NCBI GenBank assembly: GCA_031283445.1
Contig: JAITBT010000026.1
Location: 7,634-71,633 of the forward strand
Direction of reading: 5' to 3'
DNA length: 64,000 nucleotides
Origin: Holosporaceae bacterium
Lineage (GTDB): Bacteria; Pseudomonadota; Alphaproteobacteria; UBA3830
A program made the position numbers and the translations under genes. This document shows positions 9,797 through 18,211 of this stretch, piece by piece. The notes below the pieces were generated by a model. That model ran no database searches, had not been told where the DNA came from, and saw only the letters and a list, made by a program, of their open reading frames with translations. Within the stretch, counting starts at the first letter, position 1. Every line of letters starts with the position of its first letter.

Positions 9797-10736
9797 GACC
9801 TGCTCTCAAGCAATCATGAACATGTATAATCCCGCAAGGAAAATCATTTTTTGTTACGAACAGGCTTGTAATTTTATACTCATTCATTATTTTAATGGCC
9901 TCCTGCACAAACATTTCCTTGGAAACGGTTTTGGGATTTTTAGTCATTATTTCGGATGCTTTCATCTCTAAAAAATTCGAACAAATACCCCTTCTAAGAT
10001 CGCCGTCTGTGATGATTCCGATAATCTTATTGTGAACATTGACAACACATGCACACCCAAAGGCTTTTGTTGTCATTTCCAGTAAGACTGATTTCATTAA
10101 TTCTTGTTCTTGGACAGCCGGAATATCCGAATGCATTAAGTCCCCAACGGTTAATAAACGTCTCCCAAGTGCTCCTCCCGGATGTAGGTTTTTAAAATCT
10201 TCTCGATTAAACTCCTTTCTCTTTAGTAAACACAGGGCGATAATATCACCTATTACTAACATCATGGTAGTGGTAGTTGTGGGTGCTAGATTATAAGGAC
10301 ATGCTTCTCTAATCTTTGGCATGGTTATGCATACGGAGGATGCTTGAGCCAAAGTACTTTTGGGATCGGAGGTTACCCCTACTATATCTATGCCAAAACG
10401 ATTGGCATAAGAAAGCATTGGTATTAATTCCTGAGTGTTCCCGGACAAAGAAAGAACTAATAACACATCGTTGGTAGAAATTTCTCCCAAGTCTCCGTGA
10501 CTAGCCTCCCCTGGGTGCAAGAAAAAGGACGGTGTTCCTGTCGATGATAGAGTCGCCGATATCTTCCGACCGATGTGACCTGGCTTTCCCATGCCCGAGA
10601 CAATGACATGGCCCTTCTTTTCATAAAGCAGTTTTATCGCACCAATAATACGATTATCCAAAGAATCATATACTGCTTCTAGGCCAGCTATTTCTTCCTT
10701 TATTATGGATTTCGCATATTCCAATTCTTCGCTCAT
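9789..10736 (-). CDS. kdsD: Arabinose-5-phosphate isomerase (KdsD/KpsF family)
   Basis: SIS domain (HVIVSGMGKPGHIGRKISATLSSTGTPSFFLHPGEASHGDLG) followed by a tandem CBS pair. It lies upstream of the lpt genes. Confidence 0.85.
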   Translation of the reverse strand: MSEELEYAKSIIKEEIAGLEAVYDSLDNRIIGAIKLLYEKKGHVIVSGMGKPGHIGRKISATLSSTGTPSFFLHPGEASHGDLGEISTNDVLLVLSLSGNTQELIPMLSYANRFGIDIVGVTSDPKSTLAQASSVCITMPKIREACPYNLAPTTTTTMMLVIGDIIALCLLKRKEFNREDFKNLHPGGALGRRLLTVGDLMHSDIPAVQEQELMKSVLLEMTTKAFGCACVVNVHNKIIGIITDGDLRRGICSNFLEMKASEIMTKNPKTVSKEMFVQEAIKIMNEYKITSLFVTKNDFPCGIIHVHDCLRAGLV

Positions 10737-10739
10737 TAT

Positions 10740-12503
10740 TTACTCCACGGTTACGGATTTAGCCAAATTGCGTGGCTTGTCTACATCCATGCCTCGCAGA
10801 AGTGCAGTGTGGTACGCAAGTAATTGCAGCGGTATTACGTATAAAATAGGAACAAATTCATCGAAAATTTGCGGAAGAATTATTTTTGTAGCTTCCGGCG
10901 ATAATAATTTATCTCCGCTGGGATCTGTAAAAATAATAATATTTTTTCCACGGGCGAGAGCCATTTGTATGTTTGAAGAGGTCTTCTCGAACAATTCGTT
11001 ATGTGGACAAAGACATATCACCGGAATATCGTCATCCACCAGAGCTATGGGGCCGTGTTTCATCTCACCGGCGGCGAATCCTTCTGCATGAATGTAGGAA
11101 ATTTCTTTTAATTTTAGAGCTCCTTCTAAAGCTATCGGATACAGAGATCCTCGTCCTAGATATATTGCACTATCAGCGGAGCATATTTTCTTGGCTAAAT
11201 TTTCTATCTTATCTTGCAAACCAAGAATTTCCTCGCACAATGTCGGTAAATTTTGAAATTCTTGCATCAAAAATTCATTGTTATAAAAAGCCAGGTTAGC
11301 CAATATCGTTAATTGAGCTGAAAACGCTTTTGTAGATGCAACTCCAATTTCCGCTCCGGCTTCTGTATAAAAAATAAAATCAGAAATCCTGGAAATTGCG
11401 CTATTTTTAACGTTTGCGATGGCCATCACCCGAGAATTGCTGTTTTTTCGAACATATTCTACAGCTTCTAAAGTATCGATGGTCTCACCTGACTGAGTGA
11501 TGGCGATAGCCAGAATATTTTCTCCGATAATAGGAAATCTGTATCTATATTCGGATGCAATTTCAATATCGGTTGGAATTTTTAAAAATTTTTCGAACCA
11601 GTATTTGGCAATCATACCTGCATGGTACGATGTTCCACAGGCGAGAATTAAAATCCTGGAGATTCCGTTGAATATTTCTCCATTTATTTTATTGTGAAGC
11701 AGAGTTTTTCTTATGGTACTTGGCTGCTCAACTATTTCCTTGAGCATGTAGTTCATGTATTTTCCTTTTCCGGAATTAACAAAATCTAGAGGTATTTTCT
11801 GTTTTACAGGAAATATTTGCCGGAAAGTTTTATCGAAAAATAAAGCTTCATTGGCAGAAATTTCCACATATTCTCCATCCTCTAGATATACTACTTCCCG
11901 ACAAACTGCGGATATTGAATTTATATCTGATCCGACGCATATATTTTCACCAAAACCAACAACTAGGGGGCTTTTATGCTTGACTGCAATTATTGTATTG
12001 GGAAGAGAAGAGAATATTGATGCTATGGCGTAGCTGCCATTTATTAGTCCAAGAATATTTTTAAAGGCCTCGCTTGGCTGATATCCTTTATTTATTTCCC
12101 GCTGTAATAAATGAGCTAGGACTTCAGTATCGGTTTCAGTTTCAAAAACAAAGCCTTCTTTTTGTAGATCAAATTTCAATTCTCTAAAGTTTTCGATGAT
12201 TCCATTGTGAACAACGGCAACAGTTTCTGATATAATTGGATGAGCATTGTGCTCCGTCGGTTTTCCATGGGTTGCCCAGCGAGTGTGTCCTATTCCTACA
12301 TTTCCAGAAATCGGAGTATCTTCCAGCTTGTTTTTTAGATTCTGTAATTTCCCAACTGCCCGAAGTCTTTCAATTTGCCCATTGGCGATTACCGCAATTC
12401 CAGCGGAATCGTAGCCTCTATATTCTAGTTTTTCTAAACCGGTGATTACCTTACTGACGATATTATCGCCAAGTCTTCCTGTTATTCCTATGATCCCGCA
12501 CAT
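10740..12503 (-). CDS. glmS: Glutamine--fructose-6-phosphate aminotransferase
   Basis: N-terminal nucleophile MCGIIG, two SIS domains and the C-terminus DVDKPRNLAKSVTVE. Confidence 0.95.
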   Translation of the reverse strand: MCGIIGITGRLGDNIVSKVITGLEKLEYRGYDSAGIAVIANGQIERLRAVGKLQNLKNKLEDTPISGNVGIGHTRWATHGKPTEHNAHPIISETVAVVHNGIIENFRELKFDLQKEGFVFETETDTEVLAHLLQREINKGYQPSEAFKNILGLINGSYAIASIFSSLPNTIIAVKHKSPLVVGFGENICVGSDINSISAVCREVVYLEDGEYVEISANEALFFDKTFRQIFPVKQKIPLDFVNSGKGKYMNYMLKEIVEQPSTIRKTLLHNKINGEIFNGISRILILACGTSYHAGMIAKYWFEKFLKIPTDIEIASEYRYRFPIIGENILAIAITQSGETIDTLEAVEYVRKNSNSRVMAIANVKNSAISRISDFIFYTEAGAEIGVASTKAFSAQLTILANLAFYNNEFLMQEFQNLPTLCEEILGLQDKIENLAKKICSADSAIYLGRGSLYPIALEGALKLKEISYIHAEGFAAGEMKHGPIALVDDDIPVICLCPHNELFEKTSSNIQMALARGKNIIIFTDPSGDKLLSPEATKIILPQIFDEFVPILYVIPLQLLAYHTALLRGMDVDKPRNLAKSVTVE

Positions 12504-13783
12504 TTTTTCATTTTCCTAAGATTTATGGCTCTGTTCGCAATATTCTTTTGATCGCTGCGAGCGATGGCTAAAGATCCGGAGGCTACATCTTTTACTATAA
12601 CACTCCCGGCACCGATAACGACGTCATCTTGAATTTCCACAGGAGCAACAAGCGCTGTATTTGATCCAACAAAAACATTCTCACCGATTACAGTTTTATG
12701 TTTTCTAAATCCATCATAGTTGCAGGTAATAGTACCAGCTCCAATATTTGTATTTTTTCCCAAATAGGCATCACCGATATAGCTTAAGTGATTCACTTTC
12801 GATTTTTCCGAAATGACGCTGTTTTTTATTTCCACAAAATTTCCTATTCTCACTTCATTTTGAATGTTTGTTCCAGCTCTTAAATGTGCAAAAGGTCCGA
12901 CTTGTGCTCCGCTTTTTATGCAAACATTTTCACCAAATACGACATACGGATATATAACTACATCGTTTTCAATATGAGTATCATAGGAAAAAAATACCGT
13001 TTCCGGCGCAATGAGAGTAACTCCATTTTTCATATGTTTCTGTCGTTCTCTTTCTTGAAAGATTTTCTCCAGAGTAGCTAACTCTGACTTTGTATTCACT
13101 CCCAATAGTTCTTTTTGATCTCCTTTATGATATCTGCAGACATAACCAGCTTCGTAGGCTAACTGAACTATTTTTGTGATATAAAATTCGCCAGTTAGGG
13201 AATTTGGTTTTATTTTCTCTATAAACTGCTTTAAAATATCTTTTTTGATAAATAGACCAGCATTACAGAGAGGAATTATTCTGTTGCTGTCGGAAATATC
13301 TTTTGCTTCGATAATGCTCTTAACCCTTCCATGCTCGTCTATTTCCAATTTTCCTAGATCATTGGTGCCATTAGAATCCATCGCCAGAATAACCACAGCA
13401 GTTTTACTACATTCCCTTGAAATTAGGGATAACTTCTGTAAAGTTTCTGAAGAAATAAGAGGGATATCTCCGTAAAGCACATATACCCACCCTTCCGAAT
13501 CTTCAGGTAATAATTTCAGGCCGCATTTCACAGCGTCGGCAGTGCCACGGGGGATATCTTGATATGCTTTTTTTATATCAGAGGTAAAAGCCAAGTTTGC
13601 ATCCTTATATTTCGGACTCAAAATAGCCACGATTCTGCTTGATTTTGTTTCTTTAGCAGTCCTAATCACATGATCCAGCATGGACAGTCCTCCTATTTTA
13701 TGGAATACTTTAGGAATATTGGATAGAAATCTAGAACCAACACCGGCAGCCAATATAACAACAGAATTATCTGTTCTTTCCAT
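12488..13783 (-). CDS. glmU: Bifunctional UDP-GlcNAc pyrophosphorylase / GlcN-1-P acetyltransferase
   Basis: N-terminal ILAAGVGSRF nucleotidyltransferase motif and C-terminal hexapeptide-repeat (left-handed beta-helix) region. It overlaps glmS by 16 nt. Confidence 0.9.
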   Translation of the reverse strand: MERTDNSVVILAAGVGSRFLSNIPKVFHKIGGLSMLDHVIRTAKETKSSRIVAILSPKYKDANLAFTSDIKKAYQDIPRGTADAVKCGLKLLPEDSEGWVYVLYGDIPLISSETLQKLSLISRECSKTAVVILAMDSNGTNDLGKLEIDEHGRVKSIIEAKDISDSNRIIPLCNAGLFIKKDILKQFIEKIKPNSLTGEFYITKIVQLAYEAGYVCRYHKGDQKELLGVNTKSELATLEKIFQERERQKHMKNGVTLIAPETVFFSYDTHIENDVVIYPYVVFGENVCIKSGAQVGPFAHLRAGTNIQNEVRIGNFVEIKNSVISEKSKVNHLSYIGDAYLGKNTNIGAGTITCNYDGFRKHKTVIGENVFVGSNTALVAPVEIQDDVVIGAGSVIVKDVASGSLAIARSDQKNIANRAINLRKMKKCAGS

Positions 13784-13905
13784 TTTTTCTCCTTGAGGCC
13801 AAAATTTACCATATATAAACTCTTTTTCAGTATATTTTTGGTAGTGTGCGTATGGAATAATACAATAACTTTTTAGAAAATTACTACGGTTGTGGAATAA
13901 AAATT

Positions 13906-14796
13906 GTGAACAAAATTGTTGCTATATTAGGAATCATCGTTCTAATAACCCTTGGAGGATTATTTTTCTGCGCGGGTTTTTTCACCGGAACAACTGTGTT
14001 TCCATCCTCAACTTCATCTTCGGCAGAAAATGTAAAAAAGAGCGATGATGGAAATAGTATTTCCACTGCAGCTGAAGAAGCAGCCGTCGACACCAAATCC
14101 ACATCAATATCAGATAAAATTATGGAAATATTAGCATCTGCAGCAGAATCAGCCTCTTCTGCAATTCCAGATGCTATAAATCACAAGAATACCTTAACTG
14201 CAGATACCTCCGCTCACGTATCTATCGATTCTTTATTAAGCGAAATAGTGGCTAGCCATACTACCGATGATAACTGCTCTCCCGAAAGAACTTTGCAGAA
14301 GATAAATATTCAAACTCAACTAAATTCGAACAGTCTACATGGAAAAAGGATAGTGTTTGTTGGATATTTTAAAAACAAAATAGCTTTTGAAATTCAGAAA
14401 CTTCTCTTGGCTAAAGGCTATAAGGCGCACCTGGAATCCTCCCGAACGGGAGACAGCGAATCTTTCATATTTTGTGGGCCATTCAAAAAAGAGGAAAATG
14501 CTCAACGATTGATTAAATGGCTGCAGAAACATAATTTTTCTGCGGCTCGAATGGTGAGCATATCAGGAGGATCGATTATAGAAACTCTCTATGATGCTAC
14601 TGATACGAATTCTGGACTTCCGGAAAATGCTGAAAGGGATATTCCAGAAACACCACTTCTTTCTGTTCCATCTCTGCAACCGGTCTCGCCTCCCTTGGTT
14701 CCGATATCTCCGATGCAAAGTTTTCCTGTCAATCAAACGCTGCCCGTTGATTCTGCTCCGGCTATTAATCTTGTGCCTGCTTCCCCAATACCGTAA
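13906..14796 (+). CDS. SPOR-domain membrane protein (peptidoglycan-binding, division-associated)
   Basis: N-terminal TM segment (ILGIIVLITLGGLFFCAGFF), a Ser/Ala-rich linker and a SPOR-like block (RIVFVGYFKNKIAFEIQKLLLAKGYKAHLE...FIFCGPFKKEENAQRLIKWLQ). The tail is Pro-rich. Confidence 0.7.
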   Translation: MNKIVAILGIIVLITLGGLFFCAGFFTGTTVFPSSTSSSAENVKKSDDGNSISTAAEEAAVDTKSTSISDKIMEILASAAESASSAIPDAINHKNTLTADTSAHVSIDSLLSEIVASHTTDDNCSPERTLQKINIQTQLNSNSLHGKRIVFVGYFKNKIAFEIQKLLLAKGYKAHLESSRTGDSESFIFCGPFKKEENAQRLIKWLQKHNFSAARMVSISGGSIIETLYDATDTNSGLPENAERDIPETPLLSVPSLQPVSPPLVPISPMQSFPVNQTLPVDSAPAINLVPASPIP

Positions 14797-14832
14797 TAGA
14801 TTTATAAAGCAGATCGGTAACGAAAGAACAGA

Positions 14833-14964
14833 GATCAACAACCACATGTTAATTTTGTAGGATACGTTAATTTTTAGAATTTTTACTATAATTTTATGTA
14901 TTTTAAACGATAGCGATTTACTCGGATTATTACTTTCGCTTCTAGGTATTTTTGGATAATGACA
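14833..14964. repeat. Left outer arm of a long inverted repeat (partner 15730-15861)
   Basis: The reverse complement of 15730-15861 aligns base-for-base with no indels (the position sum is a constant 30694). I count about 5 mismatches over ~132 bp. Confidence 0.85.
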
Positions 14965-15113
14965 CCCCCACCTCTTCCATCAGATACCATAGTACTTAAA
15001 GAGTGTAAAATTTCCGTTAATTTATAAATATTTCTTGCAATTTTTACAGTTTCCCCGATTTTAACGATTTTTTTACACTTCTACGCTACTATGTACCTGG
15101 TGGAGGAGGTGGA
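14965..15113 (-). repeat. MITE-like ~147-bp element, copy 1 (interior inverted relative to copies 2 and 3)
   Basis: Terminal inverted repeats CCACCTCTTCCATCAGATACCATAGTACT ... GCTACTATGTACCTGGTGGAGGAGGTGG. The interior is an imperfect reverse complement of copy 3. Confidence 0.8.
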
Positions 15114-15289
15114 TCGCCACTTGAAAAAGATAGATTTCTTTGAATAAATAGAAAAATCGTTAAAGCAGCAATTATTTTGCTCCCGGAAAGAATTTTCATC
15201 GATTGACATTAGATTCTATTAAAAGTTGTTCTTTTATTTATTTTTTTGTTTATTTATAAAATGAGGATATGTTTTTTTGAGTAGCGCTT

Positions 15290-15436
15290 TACCTCTTCCA
15301 CCAGCTTGCATAATACTAGAAAGATGTCAAAAAATCGTTAAAATCGGAGAAATTGTAAAAATTGCAGAAAATATTTACAAATTAACGGAAATTTTACATT
15401 TCTCGAGTATTATGGTACCTGGCGGATGAGGAGGAG
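15290..15436 (+). repeat. MITE-like ~147-bp element, copy 2
   Basis: CACCAGCTTGCATAATACTAGAAAGATGTCAAAAAATCGTTAAAATCGGAGAAA...CTCGAGTATTATGGTACCTGG is nearly identical to copy 3, which lies 292 bp downstream. Confidence 0.85.
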
Positions 15437-15582
15437 TGCCGCTTAAAAAAGATAGATTTCTGTTTAAAAAACATATCCTCCTTTTTCAAATGAACGGAGA
15501 ATTAATAAAAAGCACAGCAAAAGCAAAAAAAAGTGATGCTGAGGAATTCACTAATACGGAAACATGCGGTCAAAAGTCGCAC

Positions 15583-15729
15583 ATCTCTTTCACCAGCTTG
15601 CATAATACTAGAAAGATGTCAAAAAATCGTTAAAATCGGAGAAACTGCAAAAATTGCAAGAAATATTTACAAATTAACGGAAATTTTACATTTCTCGAGT
15701 ATTATGGTACCTGGTGGAGGAGGTGGGGG
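15583..15729 (+). repeat. MITE-like ~147-bp element, copy 3
   Basis: Near-identical to copy 2. It ends in GGTACCTGGTGGAGGAGGTGGGGG and runs directly into the right outer arm. Confidence 0.85.
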
Positions 15730-15861
15730 TGTCATTATCCAAAAATACCTAGAAGCGAAAGTAATAATCCGAGTAAATCGCTACTGTTTAGAATACATAA
15801 AATTACGGTAAAAATTCTAAAAATTAACGTATCCTACAAAATTAACATGTGGTTGTTGATC
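15730..15861. repeat. Right outer arm of the long inverted repeat (partner 14833-14964)
   Basis: See the left arm. It ends 46 bp upstream of the 15908 ORF. Confidence 0.85.
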
Positions 15862-15907
15862 CATTCTCAGAATCATCATTGCATACTCAATTTCTCCTGT
15901 GTAGTAT

Positions 15908-17356
15908 TTGGAATTATTTATAAGCTATTTTGTGCGCTATATTATATTTTTAATGATTTCTTTTTCAAATTTTTGCTCGGACGCAAAGGTCATCACAACA
16001 GATAAGATAGAAAATGTAGAAGCGGAATTTGCAAAAGCTGATAATGAGACACTCGTAATTTTCGATCTAAACGATGTATTACTGGAACCGATCGATCTAG
16101 TGTCTATTCAGATGCTCAACGCTGAAAACGATATATCAACCCCAAATATGAAAATTCAATTGGTCCATCCAAAATGGCCTCTGCTGATTACGGCACTGCA
16201 ATCTCGGAAAATAAAAACGTTACTGCTTACATCCTGCGGAGTTGAGAAACAAAAAACAAAAGACGCTGCCAACAATTTGAAAAGAAATCAATTACTGCAG
16301 GTTGGAATTGACTTTAAAAAATTATGGATAGATTCTTCTAAAATAAAATTTTTAAACATTCCCGAAAAGCAACCATCGGTTTACAATTTTTCCAATCCTG
16401 CTTTTGTCGACGGTATGTTATTTGCAAGTGGAGCACATAAAGGTGAAGTACTTAAAGCCTTTCTTGCGATAATTTCACCATGCAAGTTTAAAAAAATCAT
16501 TTTTGTCGATGATAAAAGGAAAAATCTTGAATCCGTTGAAAACATCTCAGCTGCAATCGGAGTGCAGTTTATTGGTATTGAGTATACCTATGCAAAGACC
16601 AAAAAACGCCCGACACGGAATGAAAAAAAATCAGAAATGCCATGTGAAATTTTGCTAGAAAAAAAGCCAGAAACCACTCAAAAAGAAATGGTAGATTTCT
16701 GCGCTGAGATGATAAATGTAATAAATTCCTATGTTATTAAAACTTGCACTTGCTTGGATCATAATTTTAGTGAAGATGATGCATTTACCGCCGTTCGCAG
16801 GAAAATACCGTCTAGCGCAATTCCAGATCGAGATATAGTCGAATGTATTGATGATTTTTTCGAAGTAAAAAACAAAATATACGACATGGTTAACTTAACC
16901 TGCCAGTTGAAATTTGCAAGAAAAGCGTACGCAGAAAAAGTCGACATGAATACTATTCTAGATTGCGTAAATAATAATCTGTTTGGCTATGGAAATTTTG
17001 TAAGAATATCGGAGAGTTCCGTAAAGGATCCCAAACTCTCCATTGGAAATGAAATTTCAATTATCGGATGCGGATGTATATGGAAAGATTATGCAAAATA
17101 CAATGTCATCTTCAATAAATTATTTAAAGAAAAAAACACTGATGTTTCTTTCAAAAAATTGCCATTTCTAAGATATAAAAACTATATAAAAATAATTGAA
17201 AAAATATATAATTTTGGATGCGATACTCACGCATTAAATTGTAAATATTATATAGCGCGGAATTTTATCCGGCACGAAGTCCCTAAAAAAGTTATCTGTA
17301 AAATATTTGATTTTTCAAATAATGAATTTGAAGAAAACGTAAAACCGATAGATTAA
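15908..17356 (+). CDS. Hypothetical two-domain protein: N-terminal HAD-superfamily-like (DUF2608-like) domain plus a Cys-rich C-terminal domain
   Basis: HAD-like motifs are present: TLVIFDLNDVLLEP (motif I reads DLNDV, which is non-canonical), KTLLLTSCG (II), GAHKGEVL (III) and KIIFVDDKRKNLE (IV). The C-terminal ~240 aa is unrecognised and Cys-rich. The start is uncertain: TTG at 15908, or an alternative ATG at 15953. Confidence 0.6.
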   Translation: MELFISYFVRYIIFLMISFSNFCSDAKVITTDKIENVEAEFAKADNETLVIFDLNDVLLEPIDLVSIQMLNAENDISTPNMKIQLVHPKWPLLITALQSRKIKTLLLTSCGVEKQKTKDAANNLKRNQLLQVGIDFKKLWIDSSKIKFLNIPEKQPSVYNFSNPAFVDGMLFASGAHKGEVLKAFLAIISPCKFKKIIFVDDKRKNLESVENISAAIGVQFIGIEYTYAKTKKRPTRNEKKSEMPCEILLEKKPETTQKEMVDFCAEMINVINSYVIKTCTCLDHNFSEDDAFTAVRRKIPSSAIPDRDIVECIDDFFEVKNKIYDMVNLTCQLKFARKAYAEKVDMNTILDCVNNNLFGYGNFVRISESSVKDPKLSIGNEISIIGCGCIWKDYAKYNVIFNKLFKEKNTDVSFKKLPFLRYKNYIKIIEKIYNFGCDTHALNCKYYIARNFIRHEVPKKVICKIFDFSNNEFEENVKPID

Positions 17357-17453
17357 AACACCTTTTTATCTGCTTGAAATCCTCTGGTTTTCAGAGGCTA
17401 GTTAGAACTAGTGGATAAGATTGTCTACAAAGTCACAGCTGTCCCACATTTTG

Positions 17454-18131
17454 TTAATAAGAATCTGCATCAATATCTAGTTCTGGAAAGCCGTACTTTT
17501 GTAAATATAAGCTTCGGGTTATTGCATATATGTTAATGGCATCACGGATTGTAGAATCCAGAAGTGTAGAATTTTCAGCGCGTTCGTGGATTATAGAAAG
17601 GACCGACATCGCAAACATATACGGGAAACCGATAAAATACCCGACAGGATTTGCAAACCAAGAAATAGGTTCAGCAATGGCATCCCGCGTTGAGGAAGAC
17701 CCCAAAACAGGCAAAACCAAATAATCACCGGTAGGAATACTGAGTTTTTTTAAGGTCTTTTTATAAGATGTTTCATTCTTTTTCAGTCCTATTCGTTCTC
17801 CTACATCGAAAAAACCTAATACTCCGAAAGTAGAGTTTATAAGAAATCGAAAGAGTGAATTAGCTGCATTTTCTGCTTCGGCGGTTATTAAATAATTTAA
17901 GAAAAAGAATGGTTCTTTTGAATTAATAAGAAAATTAGATATGGATTCCCGCACCGGGTCTGGAGTAACTTTTTTATATGTAGAGCTAACCGGCTTTAAT
18001 ATGTTTTTATCGACAATTAAATTAAATTCCAGCGCATCTTTATTAAATTCTCTATGAGGATCTGGATTGTCCTGTGTCGTCGAGCAAGATGTTAATAGGA
18101 AGAAAAGAAATACTTTTCGAATAAAACACAT
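17454..18131 (-). CDS. mlaA: MlaA/VacJ family outer-membrane lipoprotein
   Basis: Lipobox LLTSC, then the family pattern DPHREFNKDALEFNLIVDKNILKPVSSTYKKVTPDPVRESISNFLINSKEP...NSTFGVLGFFDV. Confidence 0.8.
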   Translation of the reverse strand: MCFIRKVFLFFLLTSCSTTQDNPDPHREFNKDALEFNLIVDKNILKPVSSTYKKVTPDPVRESISNFLINSKEPFFFLNYLITAEAENAANSLFRFLINSTFGVLGFFDVGERIGLKKNETSYKKTLKKLSIPTGDYLVLPVLGSSSTRDAIAEPISWFANPVGYFIGFPYMFAMSVLSIIHERAENSTLLDSTIRDAINIYAITRSLYLQKYGFPELDIDADSY

Positions 18132-18211
18132 CTCGAGAGATCACTCCTATCTGTTATTAAACTTCTTATTAGCATGTTTTTGGTTAAATCCATATTAAAA
18201 ATAGGAAAATC

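Noticed and set aside
15436-15811. ORFs 15436-15633 and 15533-15811 inside the repeat cluster, including a VPGGGGGG run.
   Set aside because: The poly-Gly stretch is simply the translation of the GGTGGAGGAGGTGGGGG terminal repeat. The frames are not preserved between repeat copies, and no RBS is present.
14833-15861. Possible CRISPR array, suggested by regularly spaced repeats.
   Set aside because: The repeat units are ~147 bp with internal terminal inverted repeats. One copy is inverted, there are only three copies, the spacing does not fit a CRISPR array, and no cas genes are present.
17381-17397. Hairpin CCTCTG-GTTTT-CAGAGG between the convergent 15908 ORF and mlaA, as a possible bidirectional terminator.
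   Set aside because: The stem is only 6 bp and no U-tract follows on either strand. The evidence is insufficient.
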